Translations under genes and position numbers: made by a program
The notes under the pieces: model-generated
What the model saw: the letters and a program-made list of their open reading frames with translations, nothing else
Databases searched by the model: none
Told to the model about the DNA's origin: nothing
From: a virus
Taxonomy: Duplodnaviria > Caudoviricetes
IMG/VR virus record: IMGVR_UViG_3300021368_002114
Coordinates: 1,258-65,257 of that record
Direction: 5' to 3' (one strand)
DNA: 64,000 nt
Shown: positions 10,297 through 20,566 of the stretch, one piece after another
How positions within the stretch are numbered: the stretch's first letter is position 1
Layout of the letters: every line of letters starts with the position of its first letter

Positions 10297-12999
10297 ATGA
10301 AAAAACTATTATTAGTTGGATTGATGATGTTATCATCATTTATTACTTTCTCACAAGTTAGTGGGACAGTATTAGATTCTGATACTAAATCACCATTACC
10401 AGGAGCAACTGTACTCATCCAAGGAACGGATGAAGGGGTTGTAACTGATTTTGATGGAAAATTTAGTTTAGAATCTGCAGTCGCAGGAAATACTCTTGTT
10501 ATTTCGTATCTTGGATATGAAACAGCAGAAGTTGATGCTGTTGACGAAATCACTGTGGAACTTCTACAAAGCTTGAATACACTTCAAGAAGTAGTTGTTA
10601 CATCAGGAGTTATTGATGTTGCAAAGGTGAGAGAAACACCGGTAGCAGTATCAACTATTAAGGCAAGTGAAATTGCACTAAAGACAGGAAACTTAGAATT
10701 TCCTGAAATTATGAATAAAACACCAGGTGTGTATGCTACTAAACAAGGTGGTGGATATGGTGATTCAAGAATCTCTTTAAGAGGTTTTGACCAAAGAAAC
10801 ACATCATTCCTAATTAATGGACAACCAGTAAACGATATGGAAAATGGTTGGGTGTATTGGAGTAACTGGCAAGGTCTTACAGATGTTGCAAGTGGAATCC
10901 AAATTCAGAGAGGTTTAGGAGCTTCAAGATTAGCAGTACCATCAGTAGGTGGAACTGTATCAATCTTTACAAGAGCTGCTGAAAAAACTGAAGGTGGTTC
11001 TGTAACTCAGATGGCGGGTAACGATGGTTACTTAAAATCTACTGTTACTTACAACACAGGTAAAAGTGAGAATGGATGGGCTTCATCTTTCCTATTAACA
11101 AGATGGGAAGGTGATGGATATATCTATAATACAAGTGGTGAGGGTTATACTTACTTCTTTGCATTAGGATATTCACCTGAAGGTTCTAAACACGATGTAA
11201 ACTTCTCTTTCTTAGGGGCTGGACAATGGCACCACCAAAGAGATGTTTGGGTATCAATTAGAGATTACCAAAACTTCGGTACTGAAGGTATTGATAGAAG
11301 ATGGAACTCAAATGGTGGTACTTACCAAGGTGAAGAATTCTCAATGAGAAGAAACTTCTACAACAAACCATTAGCAACATTTAACTGGGATTTTCAAATC
11401 TCTGATAATGTAAAACTTGCTACCTCCTTATATGGTTCAGCAGGTAGAGGTGGTGGAACAGGTCCAAGAGGTAGAAACTACTACAACTCGGAAACTGATA
11501 TTCTTCCTTTCAGAAAAGATTTAACAGAACACTACTTAGAAAATGGTAGAGGTTCAAGAACTGCAGATGGATTTATCGATTACGATGCAGTAGTTGCATT
11601 CCAAACTTCTAATACCGATGCTTATAGTGGTGGTATTAGTGGATATGAAGGACAACTTATCGCATCTAATGGATTTAGAGATGATGGTGTAAATAGAGCT
11701 GGTCTTATTAGAAGAGCATCTATGAACTCTCATGACTGGGTTGGAGCAATCTCTAACTTAGAAATCAATAGTGGTAAATTTAAGTACTCAATCGGATTCG
11801 ATTTAAGAAACTATAAAGGATATCATTATAGAACTGTAAACAACCTAATGGGCTTTGATGGTTACTACTCAACTGGTAACAAGAACTCAGCAGGACAAAT
11901 TATCAACACTACAATCGATGCATCTCCATTCCAAGATACTGGAATTAGAGGACCAAAGATTGATTATTACAACATTGGATATGTTGGATGGCAAGGTGTT
12001 AATGGTTTAGTTGAATACAATGATGATGAGAAACTAACTGCAGTATTACAAGCAGGTTTATCTAATCAATCATTCCAAAGAGAAGATTTATTTGACCAAC
12101 CAGCACAACCATTATCTGATAAAGTTAATGTAGGTGGTGGATATCTTAAAGGTGGTGCAAACTATAACTTTAATGATAACTCAAATGTATTCTTCAACGC
12201 AGGTTTCATTTCAAGACAACCTCAGTTTGGAACTGTATTCCCTAACTACGCAAACGCAGTTAATGATGATTTACAAAACGAAGAAATTCGTTCAGTAGAA
12301 TTAGGATATGGATTCACATCTGCTAAATTTAACGCTAACGTAAACCTTTACTCTACAACATGGGGTAACAGATTCGTTACAAGAAGTTTATCTAACCAAC
12401 AAGGTGTAGATGGTTCAGCACAATTTAGAAACATTGATGTAGTACACAATGGTATTGAGTTTGAAGGTACATATAGACCAACGAACCAATTAACTCTTAA
12501 AGGTATGTTATCAATCGGTGATTGGAGATATACTAAAGATTTCTCAGCTGAATTATTTGATGACCAACAACAATCAATTGGTACAGGTACTCTTTACACA
12601 AAAGATGCTAAAGTTGGTGATGCAGCACAATTCACTTCTTACTTTGAAGCTGATTATAGACTCGGTAGATTTAATGTAGATTTAGGATATAGATTCGTAG
12701 ATGGATTATATGCTGATTACTCTATTACTGATTCAGCGTTTACTTCACCTGATAACGATGGAGCATTAAAACTTCCTTCGTATGGTTTAGTAGATGGTGG
12801 TGTTACTGTTAATATTGGTAAAGGAATATCCTTTAGAGCTAATGTTAACAACTTATTTGATACTGTTTATATTGCAGAATCAAACTCTAACATTCATGCA
12901 ACTTCAACTTCAGAAACATGGAACGGTATTGATACAAGAAACTCAGTATGGTTCGGATTCGGGAGAACTTGGAATGCATCTCTTAAATACAGATTCTAA
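10297..12999 (+). CDS. TonB-dependent outer-membrane receptor, Bacteroidota type
   Basis: Signal peptide; PLPGATVLIQGT...TDFDGKF N-domain; EVVVTS; plug motifs ISLRGF and LINGQP; terminal NVNNLFD...GRTWNASLKYRF. Confidence 0.95.
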   Translation: MKKLLLVGLMMLSSFITFSQVSGTVLDSDTKSPLPGATVLIQGTDEGVVTDFDGKFSLESAVAGNTLVISYLGYETAEVDAVDEITVELLQSLNTLQEVVVTSGVIDVAKVRETPVAVSTIKASEIALKTGNLEFPEIMNKTPGVYATKQGGGYGDSRISLRGFDQRNTSFLINGQPVNDMENGWVYWSNWQGLTDVASGIQIQRGLGASRLAVPSVGGTVSIFTRAAEKTEGGSVTQMAGNDGYLKSTVTYNTGKSENGWASSFLLTRWEGDGYIYNTSGEGYTYFFALGYSPEGSKHDVNFSFLGAGQWHHQRDVWVSIRDYQNFGTEGIDRRWNSNGGTYQGEEFSMRRNFYNKPLATFNWDFQISDNVKLATSLYGSAGRGGGTGPRGRNYYNSETDILPFRKDLTEHYLENGRGSRTADGFIDYDAVVAFQTSNTDAYSGGISGYEGQLIASNGFRDDGVNRAGLIRRASMNSHDWVGAISNLEINSGKFKYSIGFDLRNYKGYHYRTVNNLMGFDGYYSTGNKNSAGQIINTTIDASPFQDTGIRGPKIDYYNIGYVGWQGVNGLVEYNDDEKLTAVLQAGLSNQSFQREDLFDQPAQPLSDKVNVGGGYLKGGANYNFNDNSNVFFNAGFISRQPQFGTVFPNYANAVNDDLQNEEIRSVELGYGFTSAKFNANVNLYSTTWGNRFVTRSLSNQQGVDGSAQFRNIDVVHNGIEFEGTYRPTNQLTLKGMLSIGDWRYTKDFSAELFDDQQQSIGTGTLYTKDAKVGDAAQFTSYFEADYRLGRFNVDLGYRFVDGLYADYSITDSAFTSPDNDGALKLPSYGLVDGGVTVNIGKGISFRANVNNLFDTVYIAESNSNIHATSTSETWNGIDTRNSVWFGFGRTWNASLKYRF

Positions 13000-13009
13000 A
13001 AACATAAAT

Positions 13010-13036
13010 AAAGGGGGTGGTAACATCCCCTTTTTT
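13010..13036 (+). terminator. Rho-independent terminator
   Basis: GGGGGTG-GTAA-CATCCCC hairpin followed by a T-run directly after the receptor stop codon. Confidence 0.75.
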
Positions 13037-13060
13037 ATTCAAACTACAAACTCTTTCCTA

Positions 13061-13300
13061 ATGAAAACTAAAAAAGACTTGAAGCCATTATTATACAAAT
13101 ATGGTGTGATTTACTTCGGAACATCTTTAATGATGTTTTCACCCTTCGTTATTGACTCTTGGGTTGGTAAGGTAGGAATGATTATTGGACTAATCCTTAT
13201 AACAGTTCAAACTCAAACAACAAAACAATATAACTTATCTTTATTAAATTTAGTGGGGATTACAGGTTACTTATATGCATTAATAACATCATTAACATGA
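13061..13300 (+). CDS. Small membrane protein (79 aa, about 3 TM)
   Basis: ATG 13061 after the terminator; hydrophobic segments; ATGA overlap with the next gene. Confidence 0.65.
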   Translation: MKTKKDLKPLLYKYGVIYFGTSLMMFSPFVIDSWVGKVGMIIGLILITVQTQTTKQYNLSLLNLVGITGYLYALITSLT

Positions 13301-13833
13301 GTAAACTGATAAACCTCTATGGTGGACCTGGTATTGGTAAATCATCAATTGCTGCAGGAGTTACCTACAAACTAAAAAAGAAACATATAAGTTGTAATAA
13401 CCCATACGAGTTTCCAAAAAGATTAGCTTGGGATAAAAACATACCAGCGATATCAGACCAACTCTATGTATTTGCTAATCAACATAGAGGAATTGCTGAG
13501 TGTTATGGTAAGGTAGATTATATAGTTATTGATTCACCAATTCTATTCTCTACTATTTACAAAAGATATTATACAAATGGTTATCCAGCTGAATTTTATG
13601 GAAAGCCCTTTCATGATTTTGTAATTGATTTACACAAACAATATGATAGTATTGATATTCTTTTAGAAAGAACTACTGACGGTACTCATAATGAAAAGGA
13701 AAGATATCAAGATTTAGAAGAATCAATTGCTATCGATAATCTATGTAAACAAGTATTAGATGAAGTTGGTAATCCATATCATACGATAAAAGTAGGACCA
13801 AAAACAGTTAAGAATATACTAAAGTTGTTATGA
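13297..13833 (+). CDS. P-loop kinase/ATPase, NadR/AAA_28-like
   Basis: INLYGGPGIGKS Walker A, VIDSP, ERYQ. Confidence 0.75.
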   Translation: MSKLINLYGGPGIGKSSIAAGVTYKLKKKHISCNNPYEFPKRLAWDKNIPAISDQLYVFANQHRGIAECYGKVDYIVIDSPILFSTIYKRYYTNGYPAEFYGKPFHDFVIDLHKQYDSIDILLERTTDGTHNEKERYQDLEESIAIDNLCKQVLDEVGNPYHTIKVGPKTVKNILKLL

Positions 13834-14699
13834 ACAAATTAATATCAGTTGGATGTAGTTTTACAAACTGGCATTTCCCTACTGTTCCTGATTGGTTGGG
13901 GTATTGTTTTGATGAATATGAAAACATAGGAAAAGAAGGAGCAGGGAATCGTTATATATTTAATCAGATATTTAATTACATTCAAGATAATGATATTTCA
14001 AATACTTTTTTTTACATACAATGGACTGGTATTCCACGAAGAGACTGGATGGGTGTTGGTAACGAACATTGGAATACTCTAGGTACATTTAATGAAGATG
14101 ATGGTTTAGATGACTTAAGTGAGTTAAACCTATTACAATTTTCCACAGAATTCAGAAACTACTTATATACTACAAAAAAATATTTTGATTCATTTAATAT
14201 ACCTTATATTATGAATCACATGCTAGACCCTTGGTTTGATGGTAATTTAGGAGAACCAGGAATAGGAACTGTTCCAAATCATATCTATAAAGAGGGGATG
14301 AAACTTATAAATAACTCCACACATTTAGATGATATAAAGGAAATATCAAAAGATAACTTTTTAGAACCTTGTTTAGAATTCTTTTCAATAGATAATAAAA
14401 ACAAAGAATATGGTCACATTGCATTAGGACAGGAAAGTGAACCTATGCAAGATTACCACATGAATCCTATTTTATGTCTAAAATACGCAAGAGAAGTTGT
14501 TTATCCTAGACTTAAAGATATACTTAACTTAGAATCTATATTTGATAAAAAGTTAGATAAATTATCAGAAGAATGGCTAGAATCACTAAAAAGTGTTGAT
14601 TTTATGAAACAACATAGGATATTACATGATAGAAGAGAATTCGAAAACTATAAGCATCCATATCCTTGGGATAAAAAATTTAAGAAAAAGCTTGTATAA
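13830..14699 (+). CDS. SGNH-hydrolase-like protein
   Basis: GCSFT, GAGN, QWT and a late DxH motif. Confidence 0.5.
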   Translation: MNKLISVGCSFTNWHFPTVPDWLGYCFDEYENIGKEGAGNRYIFNQIFNYIQDNDISNTFFYIQWTGIPRRDWMGVGNEHWNTLGTFNEDDGLDDLSELNLLQFSTEFRNYLYTTKKYFDSFNIPYIMNHMLDPWFDGNLGEPGIGTVPNHIYKEGMKLINNSTHLDDIKEISKDNFLEPCLEFFSIDNKNKEYGHIALGQESEPMQDYHMNPILCLKYAREVVYPRLKDILNLESIFDKKLDKLSEEWLESLKSVDFMKQHRILHDRREFENYKHPYPWDKKFKKKLV

Positions 14700-14730
14700 T
14701 TCATAAAATTTTCGTATATTTACAACGTAA
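14691..14730 (+). promoter_or_regulatory. Bacteroidota-type early promoter, copy 3
   Basis: CTTG-N20-TATATTTAC upstream of ATG 14741. Confidence 0.8.
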
Positions 14731-14740
14731 ATTATAAACT

Positions 14741-15010
14741 ATGAAATATGACCCAAATAATCCAATATCTGATGAAGAATTGGATAAAATAGCAAAAGAA
14801 GATTTCGATAAGTTCTTAGAATATTTAGATTCTAAAACAGCATATCTTAAATCTAAAACTAGACCTCTCAATTCACATGAGATGAAAAAGTTCGCTGCAA
14901 TGGCGGCGGCTAACGAAGGTAGAACGATTAGTGATGAGGAACTTGAAAGGGCTAAAAAGATTGGAAAAGAAAACGAACAAAAAGTAAGAGATAAATGGCA
15001 AAAATTATAG
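14741..15010 (+). CDS. Hypothetical protein
   Basis: ORF directly after the promoter. Confidence 0.7.
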   Translation: MKYDPNNPISDEELDKIAKEDFDKFLEYLDSKTAYLKSKTRPLNSHEMKKFAAMAAANEGRTISDEELERAKKIGKENEQKVRDKWQKL

Positions 15011-15249
15011 GAAGTGGTAATCAACCACAACAACCAAAGATAGACTTATCTAAGGCAAAAGAAATCTCATGTCAAGAATGTGGTGGTACGGTATTTATAC
15101 CAGGTACTAAATTCTTAAAGATTTCTAAAATAGTAACAGGTACACCAAATGATGCAATCGTACCAGTAGAATTATATCTATGTGGTGATTGTGGGGAAAT
15201 TTGTGAAGAGTTACTACCAAATGAATTAAAAGGCAATGGCAAAGAGTAA
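14995..15249 (+). CDS. Zinc-ribbon protein
   Basis: CQECG and CGDCG pairs. Confidence 0.7.
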   Translation: MAKIIGSGNQPQQPKIDLSKAKEISCQECGGTVFIPGTKFLKISKIVTGTPNDAIVPVELYLCGDCGEICEELLPNELKGNGKE

Positions 15250-15691
15250 AACATTATTTGACCACATAAAGGCAGTTACACAATATCAAGACCCAAAGTA
15301 TTGGGATAAACTTGATGAAGGTGATAAAAAAACATGGAGTAATTATATGATTCATCGTTTTTTATCAATGAATAAAGATTGGATTCAGGTCTTATCTGAA
15401 ATACAACCTTATACTCAAGTATTAGAACCTAAACAATTATATCTTGCTCTTATTGGATTACTACCAAAGGGAAGATATTTTTTGAAATATACTAAAGGTA
15501 AAGGTGAAGTTAAATATGAAAGTTGGTTAGTAGAATTAGTAGTAAAGGAGTTTACTTGTTCAAAATCAGAAGCCATGGATTATCTAGAAATATTTTATGC
15601 AACAAAAGAAGGTAGAGAAAACGTAAAATATATTTGTGAAAAATATGGTATTGATAAAAAAGAAATAACCAAACTTAAACTTAAAGTGTAA
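15236..15691 (+). CDS. Probable clamp loader small subunit (gp62-like)
   Basis: YMIHRFLSM...QLY...LPKGRYFLKYTK resembles T4-like gp62; near other replication genes. Confidence 0.55.
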   Translation: MAKSKTLFDHIKAVTQYQDPKYWDKLDEGDKKTWSNYMIHRFLSMNKDWIQVLSEIQPYTQVLEPKQLYLALIGLLPKGRYFLKYTKGKGEVKYESWLVELVVKEFTCSKSEAMDYLEIFYATKEGRENVKYICEKYGIDKKEITKLKLKV

Positions 15692-16359
15692 TGAAATCAT
15701 ATTGGGATTGGAATAAAGAAAACTTTGATTGGCACTTCGATTCTCAAAAGAAAGTAGAAGATGTAAAATATGTTGGTAGATTCGTATCAGATGAATTAGA
15801 ATCTGAAGTACAAAAAGTTGTAGAATCACTAACAGATAAAGATAAGTTCTCTGAAACAAGAATTAAAGGAAGTTATTACAATAAAGAATCCCAAGATTTC
15901 ATGGAAGGATATCACAACGATTTAGAGAAAGCTGGTTTCTCCGAATACAATACTGGTGGTAGACAAACAAGAAACCTCCCTCCCATCTTTCACAAAATGG
16001 CAGAACTAAGTGGTTTAGATAATCCACAGATAATGTTTTTAGAACAACCTAGTGGTAAAATAATTCCATGGCATAGAGATTCATATAACAATTATAGAAG
16101 AAACTTTGCAAAGGTATCAGATGATACAGAAGTAATAAGATACTTAATTCAGTTAAATGATTGGAATTGGGGACATCATGTTCTTGTAGGTAACTCTTCT
16201 ATACACCAATGGAAATTAGGTGATATACATTGTTGGGAAGAGGGGATATATCACTCAACAGCTAATTCAGGTTATTGGGATAGGTATTGTTTAACCATTA
16301 CAGGTATTGTTACTGAAAATTCTTTACATAAAAAAACTCCTCAAAAATTTGTTTTTTAA
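15691..16359 (+). CDS. Cupin / 2OG-Fe(II) oxygenase-like protein
   Basis: IPWHRD and YHSTAN...R metal-binding pattern. Confidence 0.65.
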   Translation: MKSYWDWNKENFDWHFDSQKKVEDVKYVGRFVSDELESEVQKVVESLTDKDKFSETRIKGSYYNKESQDFMEGYHNDLEKAGFSEYNTGGRQTRNLPPIFHKMAELSGLDNPQIMFLEQPSGKIIPWHRDSYNNYRRNFAKVSDDTEVIRYLIQLNDWNWGHHVLVGNSSIHQWKLGDIHCWEEGIYHSTANSGYWDRYCLTITGIVTENSLHKKTPQKFVF

Positions 16360-16390
16360 CAAAATTTTTCGTATATTTACATAGTAAATA
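16348..16390 (+). promoter_or_regulatory. Bacteroidota-type early promoter, copy 4
   Basis: TTTG-N20-TATATTTAC upstream of ATG 16399. Confidence 0.8.
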
Positions 16391-16398
16391 AAACATAA

Positions 16399-17256
16399 AT
16401 GGCAAAAGTAAGTTACTCACAATATGGAATGTATTCAACTTGTCAAGAACAATATAAACTAAATTATATTGATAAGTTAGGAACTTCCTCAGCAAATATC
16501 CATACAATTTTCGGTAGTGCAATGCACGAAACAATACAACACTTTTTGGATGTGATGTATAATGTTTCTAAGAAACAAGCACTTACTCTTAATCTAGAAA
16601 AGATGTTGTATAATCAATTAGTAGAACACTTTACTAAAGAAAAGGAAAAGATGGAAGGTAGGTTTCCATGTACTCAAGAAGAAATTGGTGAGTTTTATGA
16701 TGATGGTAAAAAAATTCTATCATACTTTACAAAGAAATTAGATAAATTATATACTAAGAGTGGGTATGAACTTGTTGCTATAGAACAGATATTGAACGCT
16801 GAGATTAAACCAGGTGTTCATTTCATTGGTTTTATTGATGTACTTCTAAAAGATAAAACTACACAAGATTATATTATCATTGACCTTAAAACATCAACAA
16901 GAGGTTGGAGTAAGTATCAAAAGAATGATAAAATAAAAACATCTCAGATGTTACTTTATAAAAAGTTTTATTCTCAAAAATACGATATACCTTTAGATAA
17001 AATAAAAGTAGAATATCAAATACTTAAAAGGAAGATATCAGAAAACTTTGAATATCCTATACCAAGGATATCTAAATTTGTTCCTGCCAATGGTAAACCC
17101 TCTATGAATTTGGCATGGAAAGGATTTACAAATTTTGTAGATTCTGTATTTGGAGATGGTGGTGAAATAATACAAAAAGTATTTCCTCATACTAAAGGAA
17201 ATCATTGTAAGTGGTGTGAGTTTAAGGAAAGAGGATTGTGTTCTGCATGGAATTAG
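16399..17256 (+). CDS. RecB/AddB-like PD-(D/E)XK exonuclease with Fe-S cysteines
   Basis: SYSQ..C, GSAMH, GFIDV, IIDLKT, QMLLY, CKWCEF...C. Confidence 0.85.
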   Translation: MAKVSYSQYGMYSTCQEQYKLNYIDKLGTSSANIHTIFGSAMHETIQHFLDVMYNVSKKQALTLNLEKMLYNQLVEHFTKEKEKMEGRFPCTQEEIGEFYDDGKKILSYFTKKLDKLYTKSGYELVAIEQILNAEIKPGVHFIGFIDVLLKDKTTQDYIIIDLKTSTRGWSKYQKNDKIKTSQMLLYKKFYSQKYDIPLDKIKVEYQILKRKISENFEYPIPRISKFVPANGKPSMNLAWKGFTNFVDSVFGDGGEIIQKVFPHTKGNHCKWCEFKERGLCSAWN

Positions 17257-17276
17257 ACTGTTTTTTATATTTGTAT

Positions 17277-17285
17277 ATATTTATA
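17277..17285 (+). promoter_or_regulatory. Putative late promoter motif ATATTTATA (first of about ten intergenic copies)
   Basis: Same or ATACTTATA motif at 30400, 40539, 42285, 48030, 48577, 50247, 56451 and 58757, with variant ATATTTATT at 41197, each upstream of a start codon. Confidence 0.55.
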
Positions 17286-17308
17286 TAAAAACATATAAAA
17301 GGATAGTT

Positions 17309-17503
17309 ATGGCAGATACAAAATTAACAACCGTAAAAATAGTAAAAGATATTTACTCATCTTTCAAGAGAATCTCTTTTGATTCTAACATCACACTTCA
17401 AAAACTAGTAAATCGTTCTGTACACAAATACATAAACGAAGAAGAATTTAGAGGAGATATAAATAACTACACAGAACTACAACATAGTGGTTCACAATTT
17501 TAA
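17309..17503 (+). CDS. Small ribbon-helix-helix-like DNA-binding protein
   Basis: LTTVKI strand followed by two helices (DIYSSFKRI, TLQKLVNRSVHKY). ATG 17309 chosen over the longer ORF start. Confidence 0.55.
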   Translation: MADTKLTTVKIVKDIYSSFKRISFDSNITLQKLVNRSVHKYINEEEFRGDINNYTELQHSGSQF

Positions 17504-17505
17504 CT

Positions 17506-17643
17506 ATGAACAAACAAGATAACGGTAATTCACAACTTAACCAAACTCGTAATGAATTTAATGATAGAATTAAAGACAAAAAGTTTTTAGGAAATAGTAT
17601 TAGAGTTAAGTTAAATAATTACAGAAGATTTAGAACAATTTAA
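17506..17643 (+). CDS. Small hypothetical protein (45 aa)
   Basis: Hand-translated MNKQDNGNSQLN...RRFRTI; fills the gap between neighbours. Confidence 0.6.
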   Translation: MNKQDNGNSQLNQTRNEFNDRIKDKKFLGNSIRVKLNNYRRFRTI

Positions 17644-17653
17644 TCCACATTTA

Positions 17654-19036
17654 ATGGCAAAAAAGAAAAAGATTTTATTACTATCTGATGATTTGAGAAT
17701 GTCATCGGGTATTGCAACTGTATCCAAAGAATTCGTTTTTGGAAACTTTGATAAGTTTGATTGGGTTCAATTAGGAGCCGCAGTAAATCATCCTGAAAAA
17801 GGGAAAGAAATTGATTTAGGAGATGATGCAAGAAAGATAAGTGGAATAAAAGATGCTTCACTTAAAATCATTCCTTGGAGTGGATATGGTGATGCAAATA
17901 TCTTAAGAGAGTTGATAATGAGACATCAACCAGATGCAATCTTACACTTTACAGACCCAAGATATTGGAGATGGTTGTATGAAATTGAAGCAGAAATAAG
18001 ACAAAACATTCCAATTTTATTTTATCATATATGGGATGACCTGCCAGACCCCCACTATAATAGAAACTATTATGAATCATGTGATTGGTTGGGATGTATC
18101 TCAAGACAAACTTATGGTATCGTAAGTAGAGTTGGTAAATTAGAATCAGAAACAATCAAACCCTTAGAAGATTGGCAAGTAGATTATGTACCTCATGGTA
18201 TTAATCCAAAAACATACAAACCAGTTGAAGTTCCATCTGAATTTAAGAAAGAACTTTTAGGTGATAAAGATTATAAGTTTGTTTTATTTTGGATGAACAG
18301 AAACATCAAAAGAAAACAACCATCAGATGTTATATGGGCATTTAAGAAATTTAGAGATAAACTACCAGAATCAGATAAAGATAAGGTATGTTTAATAATG
18401 CATACAGCACCAAGAGACCAAAATGGTACTGATTTAATTGAAGTTAAGAGAAGAATAGCAAATGAATGTGATATTAGATTCTCAACAGAGAGAGTTACAC
18501 AAGAACAATTAAATTGGATTTATAATTTATCAGATTGTACAATCAATATAGCTGGTAATGAAGGGTTCGGATTAACAACTGCAGAATCTATCATGGCAGG
18601 AACTCCTGCAATTATAAATGTGACTGGTGGATTACAAGACCAATGTGGATTCAAATTAGATGGTAAATATCTAACTGCTGAAGATTACAAAGAAATCGGT
18701 TCACTTCATAATTGGAGAGAGTGGGAAGATAAATTAACCCATGGTGAGTGGGTGAAACCAGTTTGGCCAAGAGTTCAAACTATGGTTGGTTCACTACCTA
18801 CTCCATATATTATAGATGATAAAGTAGATGTTGAAGAGGTTTCAGAGGCTATTAAGTATTGGTATGATAAAACACCAAAAGAAAGAAAAGAGGCTGGATT
18901 AATAGGTAGACAAGAATTCTTAGGTGATGTTGGATTAAATGCAGAAAACCAAAACAAAAAAATGGCAGAGGGAATCCTCAAAGGAATCGAAAATTGGAAA
19001 CCAAAGAAGAAGTTTAATGTATATAAACTTAGGTAA
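17654..19036 (+). CDS. GT-B (GT4-like) glycosyltransferase
   Basis: VPHGI, NRNIKRK, NEGFGLTTAES motifs. Confidence 0.85.
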   Translation: MAKKKKILLLSDDLRMSSGIATVSKEFVFGNFDKFDWVQLGAAVNHPEKGKEIDLGDDARKISGIKDASLKIIPWSGYGDANILRELIMRHQPDAILHFTDPRYWRWLYEIEAEIRQNIPILFYHIWDDLPDPHYNRNYYESCDWLGCISRQTYGIVSRVGKLESETIKPLEDWQVDYVPHGINPKTYKPVEVPSEFKKELLGDKDYKFVLFWMNRNIKRKQPSDVIWAFKKFRDKLPESDKDKVCLIMHTAPRDQNGTDLIEVKRRIANECDIRFSTERVTQEQLNWIYNLSDCTINIAGNEGFGLTTAESIMAGTPAIINVTGGLQDQCGFKLDGKYLTAEDYKEIGSLHNWREWEDKLTHGEWVKPVWPRVQTMVGSLPTPYIIDDKVDVEEVSEAIKYWYDKTPKERKEAGLIGRQEFLGDVGLNAENQNKKMAEGILKGIENWKPKKKFNVYKLR

Positions 19037-19314
19037 TGAGTAAACCAATCTTCATTGTTAGATTTCCAGGTTATTGGACTAATAATCAAGTTCAAGAATC
19101 TCGTAGGGCGATTCATAGTATGAAAGAACTTAGTGATGATTATCATGTTTTAACTTTACAAGATAATGAAATCGAAACTACAAAATTTGAATGTTATAAT
19201 TCACCACACGAGCCAGAGAAATTAGAAGAAGTAACTCGATTAACAACACTTTCTATCGAAAGATGTTTAAGAAACGAAGAAGAAAACAGATTAAGAGAAT
19301 TAGAAGATGAATAA
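19036..19314 (+). CDS. Hypothetical protein
   Basis: Overlap-coupled ORF. Confidence 0.65.
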   Translation: MSKPIFIVRFPGYWTNNQVQESRRAIHSMKELSDDYHVLTLQDNEIETTKFECYNSPHEPEKLEEVTRLTTLSIERCLRNEEENRLRELEDE

Positions 19315-20566
19315 ACCATTATTAGTATTTCAGGCACCAATAGCAACAAGAAGTGGTTATGGTGACCATTCAAGAGATATCTTGAAATCATTATTTGAAT
19401 TAGATAAGTATGATATAAAAGTTGTACCAACGAGATGGGGAAACACCCCACAAGACCAAATCAATCCACAAACTGAATTTGGTAAAAAGATATTAGAATG
19501 CTTGGCAACTCAAGTAACTAGACAACCTGATATTTTTATACAAGTATCTGTTGCAAATGAGTTTAGAAAAGTTGGTAAGTATAACATAGGAATTACAGCT
19601 GGAGTTGAAACTACAACTGCTCCACAAGAGTTTTTACAAGGTGGAAATCAAATGGATTTAATTATAACTCCATCTGAATTTACTAAAGAAACTTTGATTA
19701 AAACAAACTATACTCAAGTAGATAAAAGAACTCAACAAAAAACAGGTGAACTAAAATTAGAAAAACCAGTTGAAGTTTTATTTGAAGGAGTAGATACAAA
19801 GGTATTCAATGGTAAGTGTTCAAAATCTATTTTGGATAATGTTGATACTGATTTTAACTTTTTATTTGTAGGACATTGGTTAGCAGGAGATTTAGGACAA
19901 GATAGGAAAGATGTTGGAATGATGATTCAAACATTTTGTACTGTTTTCAAAGATTTACCAAAGAATCAACAACCTGGTCTTATACTGAAAACCTCACAAG
20001 CAGGATTCTCAGTAATGGAAAGAGAATCAACATCTAATAAAATTAAAGAATTAACAAATCAATTTGGTGATAAATGTCCTCCTATTCATTTAGTGTTCGG
20101 TGATTTATCTGAATCAGAACTAAACGATTTGTATAATGATAAAAAAGTTAAGGCATTTTTAATGTTCACTAAAGGTGAAGGTTATGGTAGACCTCTTGCA
20201 GAGTTCGCTACAACAGGTAAACCAATACTTGTTTCAAATTGGAGTGGACATAAAGATTTCTTACCAGAAGAAAATACAGTTTACTTAGAAGGTGAACTTA
20301 AAAATGTACACCAAACAGCTGCAAACAAATTCTTACTTAAAGAATCAAAATGGTTCAATGTAGATTACTCTAAAGCAGCGGCTTCTATATTTGATGTTTA
20401 TAAGAACTATAAAAGCCATACTAAGAAAAGTGCTGGATTAAAAACTAATATAAACAATAACTTTAATTTAGATAAGATGACAAAAAGATTTGGAGAAATA
20501 CTTGATAAGTACGTTAAAGTTGCTGTACCAGTTGCACTAAAGTTACCAGAAATTAAGAAATTATAA
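19307..20566 (+). CDS. GT-B (GT4-like) glycosyltransferase
   Basis: SGYG, RKDVG, GEGYGRPLAEF, NWSGH. Confidence 0.85.
   Translation: MNKPLLVFQAPIATRSGYGDHSRDILKSLFELDKYDIKVVPTRWGNTPQDQINPQTEFGKKILECLATQVTRQPDIFIQVSVANEFRKVGKYNIGITAGVETTTAPQEFLQGGNQMDLIITPSEFTKETLIKTNYTQVDKRTQQKTGELKLEKPVEVLFEGVDTKVFNGKCSKSILDNVDTDFNFLFVGHWLAGDLGQDRKDVGMMIQTFCTVFKDLPKNQQPGLILKTSQAGFSVMERESTSNKIKELTNQFGDKCPPIHLVFGDLSESELNDLYNDKKVKAFLMFTKGEGYGRPLAEFATTGKPILVSNWSGHKDFLPEENTVYLEGELKNVHQTAANKFLLKESKWFNVDYSKAAASIFDVYKNYKSHTKKSAGLKTNINNNFNLDKMTKRFGEILDKYVKVAVPVALKLPEIKKL

Noticed and set aside
12794-13060. Upstream extension of the 12794..13300 ORF
   Set aside because: It overlaps the receptor gene and crosses its terminator; ATG 13061 is the plausible start.
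16399-17256. Cas4 / CRISPR-Cas system
   Set aside because: No array or other cas genes in the window; stand-alone Fe-S PD-(D/E)XK exonucleases are common in phages.
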